Source: Thermoanaerobaculia bacterium (lineage in GTDB: Bacteria > Acidobacteriota > Thermoanaerobaculia > Multivoradales > UBA5704). From it: a DNA stretch of 42,025 nucleotides. The stretch covers positions 1 to 42,025 of the forward strand of contig JBKKAU010000146.1 of the NCBI GenBank assembly GCA_046714475.1, given 5' to 3'. Numbering within the stretch: the first letter of the stretch is position 1; each line of letters opens with the position of its first letter. The notes beneath the pieces were generated by a model that worked only from the letters and a program-made list of their open reading frames with translations, was not told the origin of the DNA and searched no databases. Below are positions 17,239 through 27,900 of this stretch, in pieces. A program made the position numbers and the translations under genes.

Positions 17239-18960
17239 TCAAGCCTCCGAGGGTTGATCCCGTTGCGCCGGGCCGGGCTGCTGGCGTTGCTGGCTCTGCT
17301 GGCCCTGCTGGCCCTGGACACTGCGCTCCGCGGCCTCCTGCTCCGTTCCGAGCGGGTCGATCGGCAGGTGGATCGAGAACGTGCTCCCTTCGCCGATCCG
17401 GCTCTCGACCGTGACCCGTCCGCGGTGCGCCTCGACGATGTGCCGGACGATCGACAACCCGAGGCCGCTCCCCTTGACGTCGTGCACCAGGCCGGTGCTC
17501 ACGCGGTGGAAGCGGTCGAAGATCTTCCCCACCTCGTCGCCGGGTATGCCGATCCCATGGTCCTGGACCGCGATGACGATCCAGCCCCCTTCGCGCCGCA
17601 GCGAGACCGCGATCTCCCGGCCGCCGTTCGAGTATTTGACCGCGTTGTCCAGCAGGTTGCTGAGCGACTGGGCGAGGGCGCCGGGGTCGAGGAGCAGGGG
17701 AGGCAGCGCCGCGTCGGGGGCCTGATAGGCGATATGGAAACCGCTCTGGCGCAGGCGCACCTCGAACGTCTTGAGCGTCTGGGCGACCACCTCCTCGACG
17801 CAGGCCCGCTCGAAGTGGTAGCTCTTGCGGTCCGACTCGATGCTCGCGAAGTCGAGGATGTTGTTGATGAGCTGCGTCAGGCGCCGGCTCTCGGTCTCGA
17901 TGTATTCGCCGTACTCGCGCACCTTGTCGGGGTTCTCGACCCGGCCCAGCCGCAGCAACTCGCCGAAGACGCGGATCGAGGCGAGCGGGGTGCGCAGCTC
18001 GTGCGAGACGTTGGAGACGAAGTCGTTCTTCATCTGCGACAGCGTCATGGCGCGCGAGGCGGTGCGCAGGGTGAGCGCGATGCCGGCGAGCAAGGCGGCG
18101 GCGAGGGCCACGGAGAGGCCGATGTTGACGAGGAAGTTGCGCCGCGCCACCTGGGCCGGCGTGGCGTGCCGGCTCGACAGCACCAGCTTCCAGTCGGTGA
18201 AGACGAACGAGAAGGCCCGGTCGGCCTCGTGCGCGCCGGGTTTGTCGGCGAGGCCGCTGGCGAAGACCCGATGGCCCCGGCCGTCCCAAGCCGTCACCAC
18301 CGGCTGGTCGTCCTTGAAGAGGTCCGGCAGCGATTTGTGGATGGCCATCGGCAGGACCTCGCGCCGCAGGTGCTCCGGGTCGAGGACCATGCCGGCCACC
18401 CCGACCACCCGCCAGGCGTCGTCGGTGATCGGGTTGAGCAGGATGCGGACGTCCGGATCGCGCTCGTCGACGGTGAGGACGGCGCGCTTGACGGGAGCCT
18501 CCTTCTGCGCCAGGAGTCTCCAGGGGGCCGCCGCCGCGGAGACCGCCCGCACCTCGGACGACCACTTGGGAGGCGTGAGCCTGGCGCACGACGGGTCGAA
18601 GTAGAGGAGGCTGTCCTTCGGATGGTCCGGGTCGACGACGAAGCTGTAGACGAACAGGTGCTTCGCCCCCTCCACCCCTTTCTTTCTGAAGTGCTGCTCC
18701 GCCTTCTCGATCTGGCCCTGGGTGAACATGTACGCCGGGAGGTTGAGCACGCGCTCGGCGTCTTTGCGGTAGGTGTACTCGACCTTCTCCGTGATCGCTT
18801 CGAGATAGTTGTCGAGCTCCGCCTGATGGGCCTTGGTCGAGGTCTGATCGAGCTTGACCAGCCAGCGGTACTGGAGGGCGAGGAGCACGAGCAGCGGCAG
18901 GAGCACCACCGCGAACCCGGCCCACAGCCGCTGCCGTCGAAGACCTCCATCGAGCTTCAT
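17239..18960 (-). CDS. Membrane sensor histidine kinase
   Basis: Two transmembrane segments, H-box [25 protein letters not shown] and GSGLGL. Confidence 0.95.
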   Translation of the reverse strand: MKLDGGLRRQRLWAGFAVVLLPLLVLLALQYRWLVKLDQTSTKAHQAELDNYLEAITEKVEYTYRKDAERVLNLPAYMFTQGQIEKAEQHFRKKGVEGAKHLFVYSFVVDPDHPKDSLLYFDPSCARLTPPKWSSEVRAVSAAAAPWRLLAQKEAPVKRAVLTVDERDPDVRILLNPITDDAWRVVGVAGMVLDPEHLRREVLPMAIHKSLPDLFKDDQPVVTAWDGRGHRVFASGLADKPGAHEADRAFSFVFTDWKLVLSSRHATPAQVARRNFLVNIGLSVALAAALLAGIALTLRTASRAMTLSQMKNDFVSNVSHELRTPLASIRVFGELLRLGRVENPDKVREYGEYIETESRRLTQLINNILDFASIESDRKSYHFERACVEEVVAQTLKTFEVRLRQSGFHIAYQAPDAALPPLLLDPGALAQSLSNLLDNAVKYSNGGREIAVSLRREGGWIVIAVQDHGIGIPGDEVGKIFDRFHRVSTGLVHDVKGSGLGLSIVRHIVEAHRGRVTVESRIGEGSTFSIHLPIDPLGTEQEAAERSVQGQQGQQSQQRQQPGPAQRDQPSEA

Positions 18961-19025
18961 GACGTCGAAACTATAGAGCAAAAACCCCCGGCCTCAGGCC
19001 GGTGCGGCCCCCGTCCGGGCTGCCT

Positions 19026-19080
19026 TTTACGAATTCATTACAGGGGTTGCAACCTTTTACTCCATCTTGAGGACATTTAC
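19026..19080. promoter_or_regulatory. Putative OmpR/CpxR-type direct-repeat operator
   Basis: TTTAC 19026, ATTAC 19037, TTTAC 19056 and TTTAC 19076, between the divergent kinase and PDZ genes. Confidence 0.4.
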
Positions 19081-19162
19081 GTCGCCGCCCTCTAGTCTGA
19101 TCAACGTGAACGGCAGCAAAACCTGGGAGCGGCGGCTCCCACAAATTCCAAGGAGGTTCGAG

Positions 19163-19645
19163 ATGAAGCACAAGATTACGTTTCTCGCTCTCGCCCTGAC
19201 GATGGCTCTCTCTTCGGCGGCCCTGGCGGGCGGTGCCGGCAAGGGTGAATGCGCCGACAAGACGGCGACCAAGGCGCGCGCGGCCACGCTCGCCGAAAAG
19301 GGCTGGCTCGGCATCGAGACCGACAAGGACGAGGCGACCGGCGCCTGGCACGTGACCCAGGTAGCGGCGGGCAGCCCGGCGGAGGCTGCCGGCTTCCGTA
19401 CCGGCGACGTGCTGGTCTCGCTCAACGGCATCGCCCTGCGGGCCGAGAACAAGGAGCAGATCAAGAAGGTGAAGAGCGCGCTCGGCGTCGGCAAGGCGGT
19501 GACCTACACCGTCGCCCGCAACGGCGCCCAGCAGACGCTGACGGCGACCCTCTCCCCGGTCCCCGAGCAGGTGCTCGCCCAGTGGGTCGCCGAGGAGGAG
19601 GCCGCGGAGAAGCAGGCGACCCAGATGGCCGCGTCCAACAACTGA
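19163..19645 (+). CDS. Secreted PDZ-domain protein
   Basis: AAGGAGG RBS, signal peptide and GWLGIE...VAAGSPAEAAGFRTGDVLVSLNG. Confidence 0.9.
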   Translation: MKHKITFLALALTMALSSAALAGGAGKGECADKTATKARAATLAEKGWLGIETDKDEATGAWHVTQVAAGSPAEAAGFRTGDVLVSLNGIALRAENKEQIKKVKSALGVGKAVTYTVARNGAQQTLTATLSPVPEQVLAQWVAEEEAAEKQATQMAASNN

Positions 19646-19672
19646 ACCTCAATCCTTAAGTTGGTGCTCACA

Positions 19673-19726
19673 GCCCGCGGGGGTCGGTTTCCACCAACCT
19701 CTCCCCGGCCCCCGCGGGGCCTTTTT
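19673..19726 (+). terminator. Intrinsic terminator
   Basis: CCGCGGGGGTCGG / CCGGCCCCCGCGG stem followed by TTTTT. Confidence 0.7.
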
Positions 19727-19788
19727 CCTCCCGAACAACCTGTTGGCGGCAACCTTGCTACTCTTCCTCGCCGGGAGGGCAGCAGAGC

Positions 19789-20163
19789 ATGAGCGAGAGC
19801 GTCCCATTCCTCATCAACGTCTATGGAGGCTTTGGCGTCGTCACGGGGCTGGTGCGCTTCGAGGACGACCTCCTGCGCTTCGAGCTGCAGGTGAAGGACT
19901 CCATCGTGGGGGCTCTCAAGGGCCGGCTCAAGACCATGGACATCCCGCTGAACCGGATCGAGGAGGTCCAGTTCAAGCCGCGGCGCGGCCCGGTCAAGGC
20001 GCGTCTCGTGATCCGTGTCTCCGACCTCAAGATCCTGGAGGAGATCCCGGGCGAGCACGGCGAGGTGCGCCTCCTCTTCCAGGGAAGGCATCACCAGGCG
20101 GCGGAACGGCTGTTTTCAGAGATCCAGCTGCGGCGGAGCGAGCTGGAGCTGCTGCGCCTGTAA
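19789..20163 (+). CDS. Hypothetical protein
   Basis: 124 aa, GGGAGG RBS and strong GC3 bias. Confidence 0.75.
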   Translation: MSESVPFLINVYGGFGVVTGLVRFEDDLLRFELQVKDSIVGALKGRLKTMDIPLNRIEEVQFKPRRGPVKARLVIRVSDLKILEEIPGEHGEVRLLFQGRHHQAAERLFSEIQLRRSELELLRL

Positions 20164-20196
20164 CCTCCCGGCACGGACTCCGGATAAGATCTCCCC

Positions 20197-21057
20197 ATGA
20201 ACGAGCGCGCGACCGGCAGGGACGTGATCCTCGCCATCGGCGAGAACATGAGGAGCAGCCTCGAGCCGCTGGTGACCAAGATCCTGGCGCCGAGCCTCTA
20301 CCAGGTCTACCTCCACACCGACGATTACGACCACCTGAGGTCGATCTTCAAGGAGCTGGAGTCCGAGGCCACGCAGCTCCTGGACAAGGAGGTCGAGCGG
20401 CTGAACCGCCAGTCGGCCCCGGCCTGGGACCGGTTCCTGGGGCCGTTGCTCCGCAAGAAGCCCGATTCGAGCGCGGCCGAGCCGTCGCGCAAGGTCGTCA
20501 GCGCCGAGGGCCGGTGGTCCATCCGCTTCCAGGAGGACCCCAACGGCACCCTCACCCCCGGCGAGATCGAGGTGGTCTCGGAGTTCGCCCACGAGCCCGA
20601 CGCCGCCTATGGGGCCGGCTCGAAGACGCACCGCATCTCGACCACCCGGCGCCTCGGCGGCGAAATGACCGTCCGCCGTGAAACCATGGACACCCAGGCT
20701 GCGTATGCCAGGATCGTGTACCAGGACGACGGCGGACCCCATACCTTCCTGATGACCAAGGACGAGATCGTCATCGGCCGGGAGGCTCCGGACGTCTGGG
20801 TGGACCTCCGCCTCGAGACCTCGCTCGACGTCTCGCGCGAGCACGCGCGGCTCCAGCGCACCCCCGAGGGGAAGTTCCGCGTCAAGGACCTGAGCAAGCT
20901 CGGCACCACGATCAACGGCGTCCCCCTGCCGCGCAGCCTCGAGGCCGCCGACGGCGGCGTGCGCGACCTGGACCGCTGGGGGGACCTCCCGGAGAAGGGC
21001 CGGATCGGCCTCGCCGGCGTGGTCTTCCTCGACTTCGAGAGGCTCGGCCGCGGGTGA
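20197..21057 (+). CDS. FhaA-like protein (DUF3662-like N-terminus + FHA)
   Basis: KILAPSLYQVYLH..DYDHL N-domain; FHA signature IVIGR...VSREHARL...VKDLSKLGTTING. Confidence 0.88.
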   Translation: MNERATGRDVILAIGENMRSSLEPLVTKILAPSLYQVYLHTDDYDHLRSIFKELESEATQLLDKEVERLNRQSAPAWDRFLGPLLRKKPDSSAAEPSRKVVSAEGRWSIRFQEDPNGTLTPGEIEVVSEFAHEPDAAYGAGSKTHRISTTRRLGGEMTVRRETMDTQAAYARIVYQDDGGPHTFLMTKDEIVIGREAPDVWVDLRLETSLDVSREHARLQRTPEGKFRVKDLSKLGTTINGVPLPRSLEAADGGVRDLDRWGDLPEKGRIGLAGVVFLDFERLGRG

Positions 21058-21152
21058 GCGGCCTGTACCTCGCCCGCTGGGGGTTCCTGCTGGCCCTGGT
21101 TTTGCTGATCGTCCTCTTTCTGTGGCTCGCGCGATCGGACAAGGAGAGGTAG
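21054..21152 (+). CDS. 32-aa membrane microprotein resembling the FhaB N-terminal helix
   Basis: GTG overlaps the upstream stop (GTGA) and reads MSGLYLARWGFLLALVLLIVLFLWLARSDKER*. It ends 5 nt before the PP2C start. Confidence 0.7.
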   Translation: MSGLYLARWGFLLALVLLIVLFLWLARSDKER

Positions 21153-21157
21153 CTCCC

Positions 21158-22846
21158 ATGCCGAGGCCCCCGCTGGCCGCGGCCGGCTCGGATGCCGGCC
21201 GGGAACGGGAGAACAACGAAGACCGCGTCCTCTGCGAGCCGGAGCGCGGCATCTTCGCCGTGATCGACGGCGTCGGCGGCGAGTCCGCCGGCGAGGTCGC
21301 GGCGCAGATCGCGCTCGACACCCTGCGCGCCCGCCTCTCCCGCCGCACCACCGACAGCGAACGGCTGGTCCGCGAGGCCATCGCCCTGGCCAACAAGCAG
21401 ATCTACGAGCGCGCCCAGGCCGACCGTTCGCTCACCGGCATGGCCTGCGTCCTCACCGTCGCCGTGCTCGACGGCGGCCAGGCGACCATCGGCCACGTCG
21501 GCGACAGCCGCCTCTACCTCCTGCGGCGCGGCGAGATCCGCAAGGTCACCCACGACCATTCGCCCATCGGGGGGCGCGAGGACGCCGGCGAGCTGTCCGA
21601 GGCCGACGCCATGCGCCACCCCCGGCGCAACGAGATCTTCCGCGACGTCGGCTCCGGCCCGCACGAGCCGGACGACCCCGAGTTCATCGAGGTCCAGAGC
21701 ATCCCCTTCGAGCCCGAGAGCGCCCTGCTGCTGTGCAGCGACGGCCTGTCCGACCTGGTGCCGTCGCGTGACATTCTGGCACTCGTGGAGCGCCACGCCG
21801 GCAGCCCCCGGGAGGCGGTGGACGAGCTGATCGCCGCCGCCAACGCCGCCGGCGGCAAGGACAACATCTCGGTCGTCGTGGTCGAGGGGGACCGTTACGC
21901 GTCCACTGTCCGTCCCGCCGGCTCGGCCCCACCGCTCCAATCATGGCGCGGCGCCGCGAGCGCCCGGCCCGAGGGAATGGAGCGCTGGCTCGGTCCTTTC
22001 GTCAGCCAGCCGGCCCTGGTGCTCTATGTCCTGATCGCCCTGGCCGCCGCCCTGTTCTACTTCCGCGAGCCGCTCCTCCGGCGCTTCGGCGCCCCGGGGG
22101 ACGGACCGGTCCCCACGACTCCCACGCCGGCCGCACCGACCGCACCGATCACAAACAGCGTCCTCCGCGTCGGGACCGGCGAGGCCTTCCGCTCGATCAC
22201 CGAGGCGCTGGCCCGGGCGCGCCCAGGCCAGACCGTCGAGGTGGCGCCCGGCGAGTACGTCGAGCGGATCGAGATCCCCGACGGGGTGAGCCTGGTGAGC
22301 CGGACGCCGCGTGGGGCCGTCCTGCGGATTCCGCGGGGCGCCGCCGGCGCGGCGCCGGCGGTGCTCGCCGAGAACGTCCGGGGGGCGCGGTTCTCCGGGT
22401 TCCGCATCGTGGGCGCTCCGGAGTCGCCGCTTGCCGTCGGCGTCCGGCTGGTCGACTCCGAGGTCGTGATCGAGGGGTTGGAGGTCACGGGCGCCACCGC
22501 CGCCGGCCTCGAGGTCTTCGGCGCGGGGCAGTCCGAGATCCGCTTCTGCACGATCCACGACAACCCGGGGACCGGGGTGGTGCTGTCCGCCGGGGCCTCG
22601 CCGCGTCTCCTGCAGAACCTGATCTCCGACAACGGCACCGGCGCGGGGGAGAAGAAACCGGGGATCGAGATCCGTGAGGGCAGCCGGCCGGCGCTGATCG
22701 AGAACCGTATCGAAGGCAACGGCGGTCCCCAGGTCCGCGTCGCGGCGGCCGACATGGTGGACGAGGTCTTCCGCTGGAACCGCTTCGGCACGCTCTCCAA
22801 GCAGCGGGCGGTGCAGGTGCAGGCCGGATCAGGACAGGGGCGCTGA
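21158..22846 (+). CDS. PP2C Ser/Thr phosphatase + transmembrane helix + extracytoplasmic beta-helix
   Basis: DAGRERENNED, IDGVGG, HVGDSR, CSDG and GGKDN motifs; transmembrane helix; FRSITEAL..A.PG.TVEVAPGEYVE followed by NosD-like repeats. Confidence 0.92.
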   Translation: MPRPPLAAAGSDAGRERENNEDRVLCEPERGIFAVIDGVGGESAGEVAAQIALDTLRARLSRRTTDSERLVREAIALANKQIYERAQADRSLTGMACVLTVAVLDGGQATIGHVGDSRLYLLRRGEIRKVTHDHSPIGGREDAGELSEADAMRHPRRNEIFRDVGSGPHEPDDPEFIEVQSIPFEPESALLLCSDGLSDLVPSRDILALVERHAGSPREAVDELIAAANAAGGKDNISVVVVEGDRYASTVRPAGSAPPLQSWRGAASARPEGMERWLGPFVSQPALVLYVLIALAAALFYFREPLLRRFGAPGDGPVPTTPTPAAPTAPITNSVLRVGTGEAFRSITEALARARPGQTVEVAPGEYVERIEIPDGVSLVSRTPRGAVLRIPRGAAGAAPAVLAENVRGARFSGFRIVGAPESPLAVGVRLVDSEVVIEGLEVTGATAAGLEVFGAGQSEIRFCTIHDNPGTGVVLSAGASPRLLQNLISDNGTGAGEKKPGIEIREGSRPALIENRIEGNGGPQVRVAAADMVDEVFRWNRFGTLSKQRAVQVQAGSGQGR

Positions 22847-22848
22847 CC

Positions 22849-24909
22849 ATGCTGGTCTATCAAAAGGTCGGCCGCTTCGAGATCCGCGACTTCCTGGGCC
22901 GCGGCGGCATCGGCGACGTCCTGCTCGCCTGGGACCCGCAGCAGCAAGCCGAGGTGGCGCTCAAGGTCGTCCGCGTCCACAAGACCGATCCCGACATGCT
23001 GGAGGCGGAGAAGAACGGCGTCGCGCTCCAGGCGCAGCTCGCCCGCGTCGCGCCGCAGGTGGCGGCGGTCCACGAGCAGGGCGAGGACGACGGCATCTTC
23101 TGGTTCTGCATGGAGTACGTCGCCGGCATCGACCTGTCGCAGGTGATCGCGCGCGGGCCGCTCCCCGAGGATCGCGCCGTCCACATCGCGCTCCAGCTCT
23201 GCGAGATGCTCGAGACCTGCCACGACTTCTCGGCCGAAGTGGGGGGCCGGCGGATCCACGGCATCGTCCACGGCGACATCAAGCCGGAGAATATCCGCCT
23301 CCAGGAAGGGGACCGGGTGCGGGTGCTCGACTTCGGTATCGCCAAGCACCTCTCCCAGACCCGCCGCTTCACGACCAACCTGTTCGGGAGCCTTCCCTAC
23401 ACGCCTCCCGAGCGGCTCGAACGTGGCGTCGTCGACCGGCAGTCGGACCTCTGGGCGCTCGGCGTCGTGCTCTACATCATGGTGAGCGGCCGGCGGCCGT
23501 TCCCCGGCGTCGATGGCGAGGAGCTGGAGCGCCACATCCGCCAGGGCACGCCGCCTCTGCCGCTGCCGAATTTCGTCGACCCGAAGCTGCAGAAGATCAT
23601 CCGCAAGAGCCTGGCCTTCAAGGTCGAGCACCGCTACCAGACGGCGGCGGAGCTCGAGGCCGACCTCCTGGCCCTCGCGGAGGGACAGCCGCTGGCCGGC
23701 GAGGCCGCCGCCGCGACCGGGGACGACCTCAACATGACCCGGCGGACCGGCGGCCGGCCGCCGGTGGCGGACTCCAACCTGGACGCCACCCGCCGCACCG
23801 GCCAGCCGGTTCCTGTCCTGGACTCCGGCGGCGCCACCCGCCGCACCCACGAGACGGGAGCGGCGGTCCCGGCGATCATTCCGCCGCCCCCCCCTCCGCC
23901 GGCCGTGGGCTCCGGCCCGCCGCCGAGCTCCGCGTTCCCGGAGATGGAGCAGGCGGCGCCGCCGGTGCCGCCGATGCCGGTCACCCCGTCTCGCCCACGG
24001 CGACGTTGGAGGCGCCGGTTCCTGGCGCTCGCCGGCGTGTTCCTGATCGCCTTCGCGATGTGGCAGGCGTCGCTCCAGGGGCAGGCCAGGGAGATCTACG
24101 ACGAGCTGGTGACCAGCCCAAGCCCCGACCTCGACCAGCTGGCCCGGCGTTACCGGGAAATCGACCGCTACACCTTCGTCAAGACCTCCTCGGTGAGGCG
24201 GGCCGAGGAGGAGCTGCGCGAGGCCCTGGTACGGGCGGCCGACCGCATCATCGAGAGCTATCACGGCGACAGCCCGTCCACCACCGAAAACGGCTGGCGC
24301 CGGGCCCACGGCTACCTGCAGACGATCGTCGGCATGAGCAGCTTCCTGGACTTCGAGAGCCGGGCCAAGATGCTCTACTGCCAGGCCCAGATCGATCGCA
24401 TCCAGGCGCAGAGCCTGCGCCAGCGCGGCCAGAGGAGCGAGGCCGACGAGAAGAGCCGCGAGGCGGTTGCCGGCTTCCGCACGGCGGCGAGCCGCGCCTC
24501 CAAGTGGCCCGATCCTTTCCTGGGCCTGGCGCGGATCTACGCCTACGACCAGTTCGACCTGGAGAAGCTCCAGGAGTCGCTCGGCGAGCTTGAGCGGCGG
24601 GGCTACGAGCTCGGCCGGCGCGAGAGGGCGATGCTCGCCGACGGTTTCCGGATGCGCGGCCGCGACTATTACGCCCGGGCGCTCCGGGCGCAGGGGACCG
24701 AACAGGAGCTGGGGCTTCTGGAGCAGGCGCGCGACGATTTCCGGCGGGCGATCGACATCTACAACGAGATCTCGACCTACGCCAACGTCCGTCAGAACCG
24801 GGCGGACGCGGCGAGCCGGCTGAGCGCGATCGAGATCCGGCTCGCGGAGATGAGCGACGAGGACGAAGACTTTTCCCTCAGCTTCGAAATCCCTATGGGC
24901 TTCAGATGA
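22849..24909 (+). CDS. Hanks-type Ser/Thr kinase with transmembrane helix and helical extracytoplasmic domain
   Basis: LGRGGIG, VALK, HGDIKPEN, DFG, YTPPE and SDLWALG motifs; Pro-rich linker; transmembrane helix. Confidence 0.93.
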   Translation: MLVYQKVGRFEIRDFLGRGGIGDVLLAWDPQQQAEVALKVVRVHKTDPDMLEAEKNGVALQAQLARVAPQVAAVHEQGEDDGIFWFCMEYVAGIDLSQVIARGPLPEDRAVHIALQLCEMLETCHDFSAEVGGRRIHGIVHGDIKPENIRLQEGDRVRVLDFGIAKHLSQTRRFTTNLFGSLPYTPPERLERGVVDRQSDLWALGVVLYIMVSGRRPFPGVDGEELERHIRQGTPPLPLPNFVDPKLQKIIRKSLAFKVEHRYQTAAELEADLLALAEGQPLAGEAAAATGDDLNMTRRTGGRPPVADSNLDATRRTGQPVPVLDSGGATRRTHETGAAVPAIIPPPPPPPAVGSGPPPSSAFPEMEQAAPPVPPMPVTPSRPRRRWRRRFLALAGVFLIAFAMWQASLQGQAREIYDELVTSPSPDLDQLARRYREIDRYTFVKTSSVRRAEEELREALVRAADRIIESYHGDSPSTTENGWRRAHGYLQTIVGMSSFLDFESRAKMLYCQAQIDRIQAQSLRQRGQRSEADEKSREAVAGFRTAASRASKWPDPFLGLARIYAYDQFDLEKLQESLGELERRGYELGRRERAMLADGFRMRGRDYYARALRAQGTEQELGLLEQARDDFRRAIDIYNEISTYANVRQNRADAASRLSAIEIRLAEMSDEDEDFSLSFEIPMGFR

Positions 24910-27900
24910 CTGTAACGCGCAGTACTCCCGCGGACCGCCAACGCCAGCAGCTCCGCAAGCCGCTCGCCTCGCCCATCCCCGGCCTGCCCGGACCCAAGGC
25001 GCGGCGCGGCCGGGAGACGGTGCTCCTCCTGGCGGCTCTTGCCGTGGTCCTCTTCGGCTTCTTCCTGGTCTACCGGGCCGCCACCCGCTCGTTCGGCGAA
25101 GTCGAAGAGCAGCGCCGGACCCGCCAGGTCCTCCACCTCGGCGAGCTCCAGCAGGCCGAAGACCTCGTCCCGGTCCTGCCGCCGTACAGCGGTCCGGGGG
25201 AGCGCGCTTTCGTCGCGGGGAAGATCTGGCAGCGCCTCGCCCCGGGGAGCGATCCGGTGGAAAACGTCGGCGAGCTCGGCAGGCTCCGGGTCTCCGCCTC
25301 CGAGATCGAGGACGACAGCCGGCTGGAGACGCTGCGCGAGCGGCTGGAAGCCGCCGATGGGGAAGGGGAGCGCTCGGTGCGGCTCTTGAGCGCGGCGCAG
25401 GTGCGCCAGGTCAAGCCGCGGCTGATCGTCCGCGGCCCGGACGAGTTCCGGTCGGTTTTCTGGCGCTGGGCCGCGCTGTTCCTCGCCGTTTTCGCCCTGG
25501 TCCACCTCGTCTGGTCCTTGCGCGGCTTCCGGGGCGACCAGCTCGTCCTCCCGGCGGTCCTGGTCCTCACCGGATTAGGTTTCATGCTGATGGTCAGCGT
25601 CCGCGATCCGTTGCGCGACATGCTGCTGTTCCGCACCTTCGCCCAGGGCGTGGTCCTCGGCTGCGTCCTGATGCTCGCGGCGAGCCTGGTGGACTGGGAG
25701 CGCTCGCCGCTGCGGCGGATGACCTTCGCGCCGCTCCTCGCCGCCGTGCTCCTGTCGGTCCTCCTCATCAGCTTCGGCAGCGGCCCGGGGGGGAGCGACG
25801 CCAAGGTCAACCTCTTCGGCTTCCAGCCGGTCGAGGTCATCAAGATCCTGGTCGTCCTCTTCCTCGCCGGCTACTTCGTGGAGCGCTGGGAGTTCCTGCG
25901 CGAGCTGACCGAGAGGCGGCCCGGCCTGGCATCGGTCTCCCGCTGGTTGCGCATCCCCAAGCTGGAGTACGTGCTGCCGCCGATGATCGCGATCGGGGTG
26001 GTGCTGTTCTTCTTCTTCCTCCAGAAGGACCTCGGCCCCGCCCTGGTGCTCTCCGTCCTCTTCTTCCTGCTCTACAGCGTGGCCCGCGGCGGCCGGCCGG
26101 TGATGGCGGCGGCGGGTCTGCTGCTGCTGGTCGCGGCGTTCTTCGTCGGCTACCAGGTCGGCTATCCGCGCACGGTGACCGGCCGCATCGGCATGTGGCT
26201 CTCGCCGTGGGACAACGGCTTCCGCGGCGGCGAGCACGTGGCCCATTCGCTGTGGGCCCTGGCCGGTGGATCGCTGTCCGGCATGGGGCTCGGCCTCGGC
26301 GACCCCGGGCGGGTGCCCGAGGCCCATACGGACATGATCCTGGCCGCGGTCGGCGAGGAGCTGGGCTTCCTCGGGCTCCTGGCGGTCTTCGCCCTCTACG
26401 CGCTGCTGGTCGCGCGCGGCTTCCGGATCGCCCAACGCGCCGGCGGCGTCTACGGCTTTTTCCTGGCGCTGGGGCTGACGCTGGTGATCGCGCTGCCCAT
26501 CCTGCTGATCGGCGGCGGCGTGGTGGGGCTCTTCCCCCTCTCCGGCGTCGTCTCGCCGTTCCTGAGCTTCGGGCGCTCTGCCATGATCGCCAACTTCTTC
26601 GTCCTCGGGATGTTGCTCGCGATCTCCGCCCGCCCCGGCGACGGCAAGGCGACGCAGCGGTTCCGCGGCGCCTCGAAGTGGGTGGCGATCGCCCTCGCGG
26701 TACCGCTGGCCGCGATCGTCGCCCGGGCGGCCTGGGTGCAGGTCTTCCAGGACGACGACGTCCTGACCCGCGGCGCCTTGACCCTCCAGGCGGACGGCTG
26801 GCGGCGGTTCCAGTACAACCCGCGCCTCGCCGACATCGCCGACACCATCCCGCGCGGCGTGATCTACGACCGCAACGGCCTGCCGCTCGCGGCGAGCGAC
26901 CCCCAGGATCTGGAGAAGCACCGGGCGAAGTACGCGGCCCTCGGCGTCCCGCTCGACAAGGACATTGCGGAAGGCCGGCGCCACTATCCCTTCGACGGGC
27001 GGACCTTCCACCTGCTCGGCGACCTCCGCAACCGGGTCAACTGGGCGGCGAGCAACACCTCCTACGTCGAGCGGGACTCGCGCATCCGTCTCCAGGGCTA
27101 TGACGACTACGCCGCCGTGGTCGACGTCCGGCAGCCGGACGGCACGATGTCCAACCTCATCCGGTTCGATTATCACGAGCTGATCCCGCTGCTGCGCCAC
27201 CGCTACCGTCCCGAGCACCCGGACGTGAAGAGGGTCCTGGAGCGGGACCGGAACGTCCGCATGACGATCGACGTCCGCCTGCAGCTCGCGGTCGAGGAGA
27301 TCCTGGAGCGGTACGCCCGCGAGGTCGGCCGCGGAGCGGGCGCGTCGGCCGTGGTCATGGACGTCGAAAAGGGCGACCTGCTCGCGAGCGCCGGCTACCC
27401 GTGGCCGCGGCGGCTGCCGGTCGAAGACCTGGAGGACGCCGAGAGCGAGCTGATCGACCGGGCGCGCTATGGGATCTACCCGCCGGGGTCGACCTTCAAG
27501 ATCGTCACTGCCATGGCCGCGTTGCGCAAGGACCCGGCGATTGCGGGCCGGACCTTCGAATGCAAGCCGCTGCCCGACGGCCGCATGGGCAACCGGGTGC
27601 GCGGCTGGGGCCGGCCGGTCCGCGACGATCCCACCGTGCGCTCGCCGCACGGCACCGTGAACATGGAAAAGGGCATCGGCCAGTCGTGCAACGCCTACTT
27701 CGCCCAGCTCGGCACCTACGAGGTCGGGCCGGAGCAGCTCTTCGAGACGGCCAAGGCGATGGGGATCTCCGTCGCCCGTCCGGACACGCCGGAGCAGCTG
27801 AAGGACGCCCTGCCACAGGCGTCCTACGGCCAGGGCCAGGTCACCGCGACGCCGTTCCAGATGGCCCGCGTCGCGGCGACCGTCGCCAACGGCGGAGCCA

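Noticed and set aside
16556-18925. 789-aa ORF as a giant response regulator
   Set aside because: The upstream part is a shadow frame of the kinase. The real start is ATG 17236 with a GAGG RBS.
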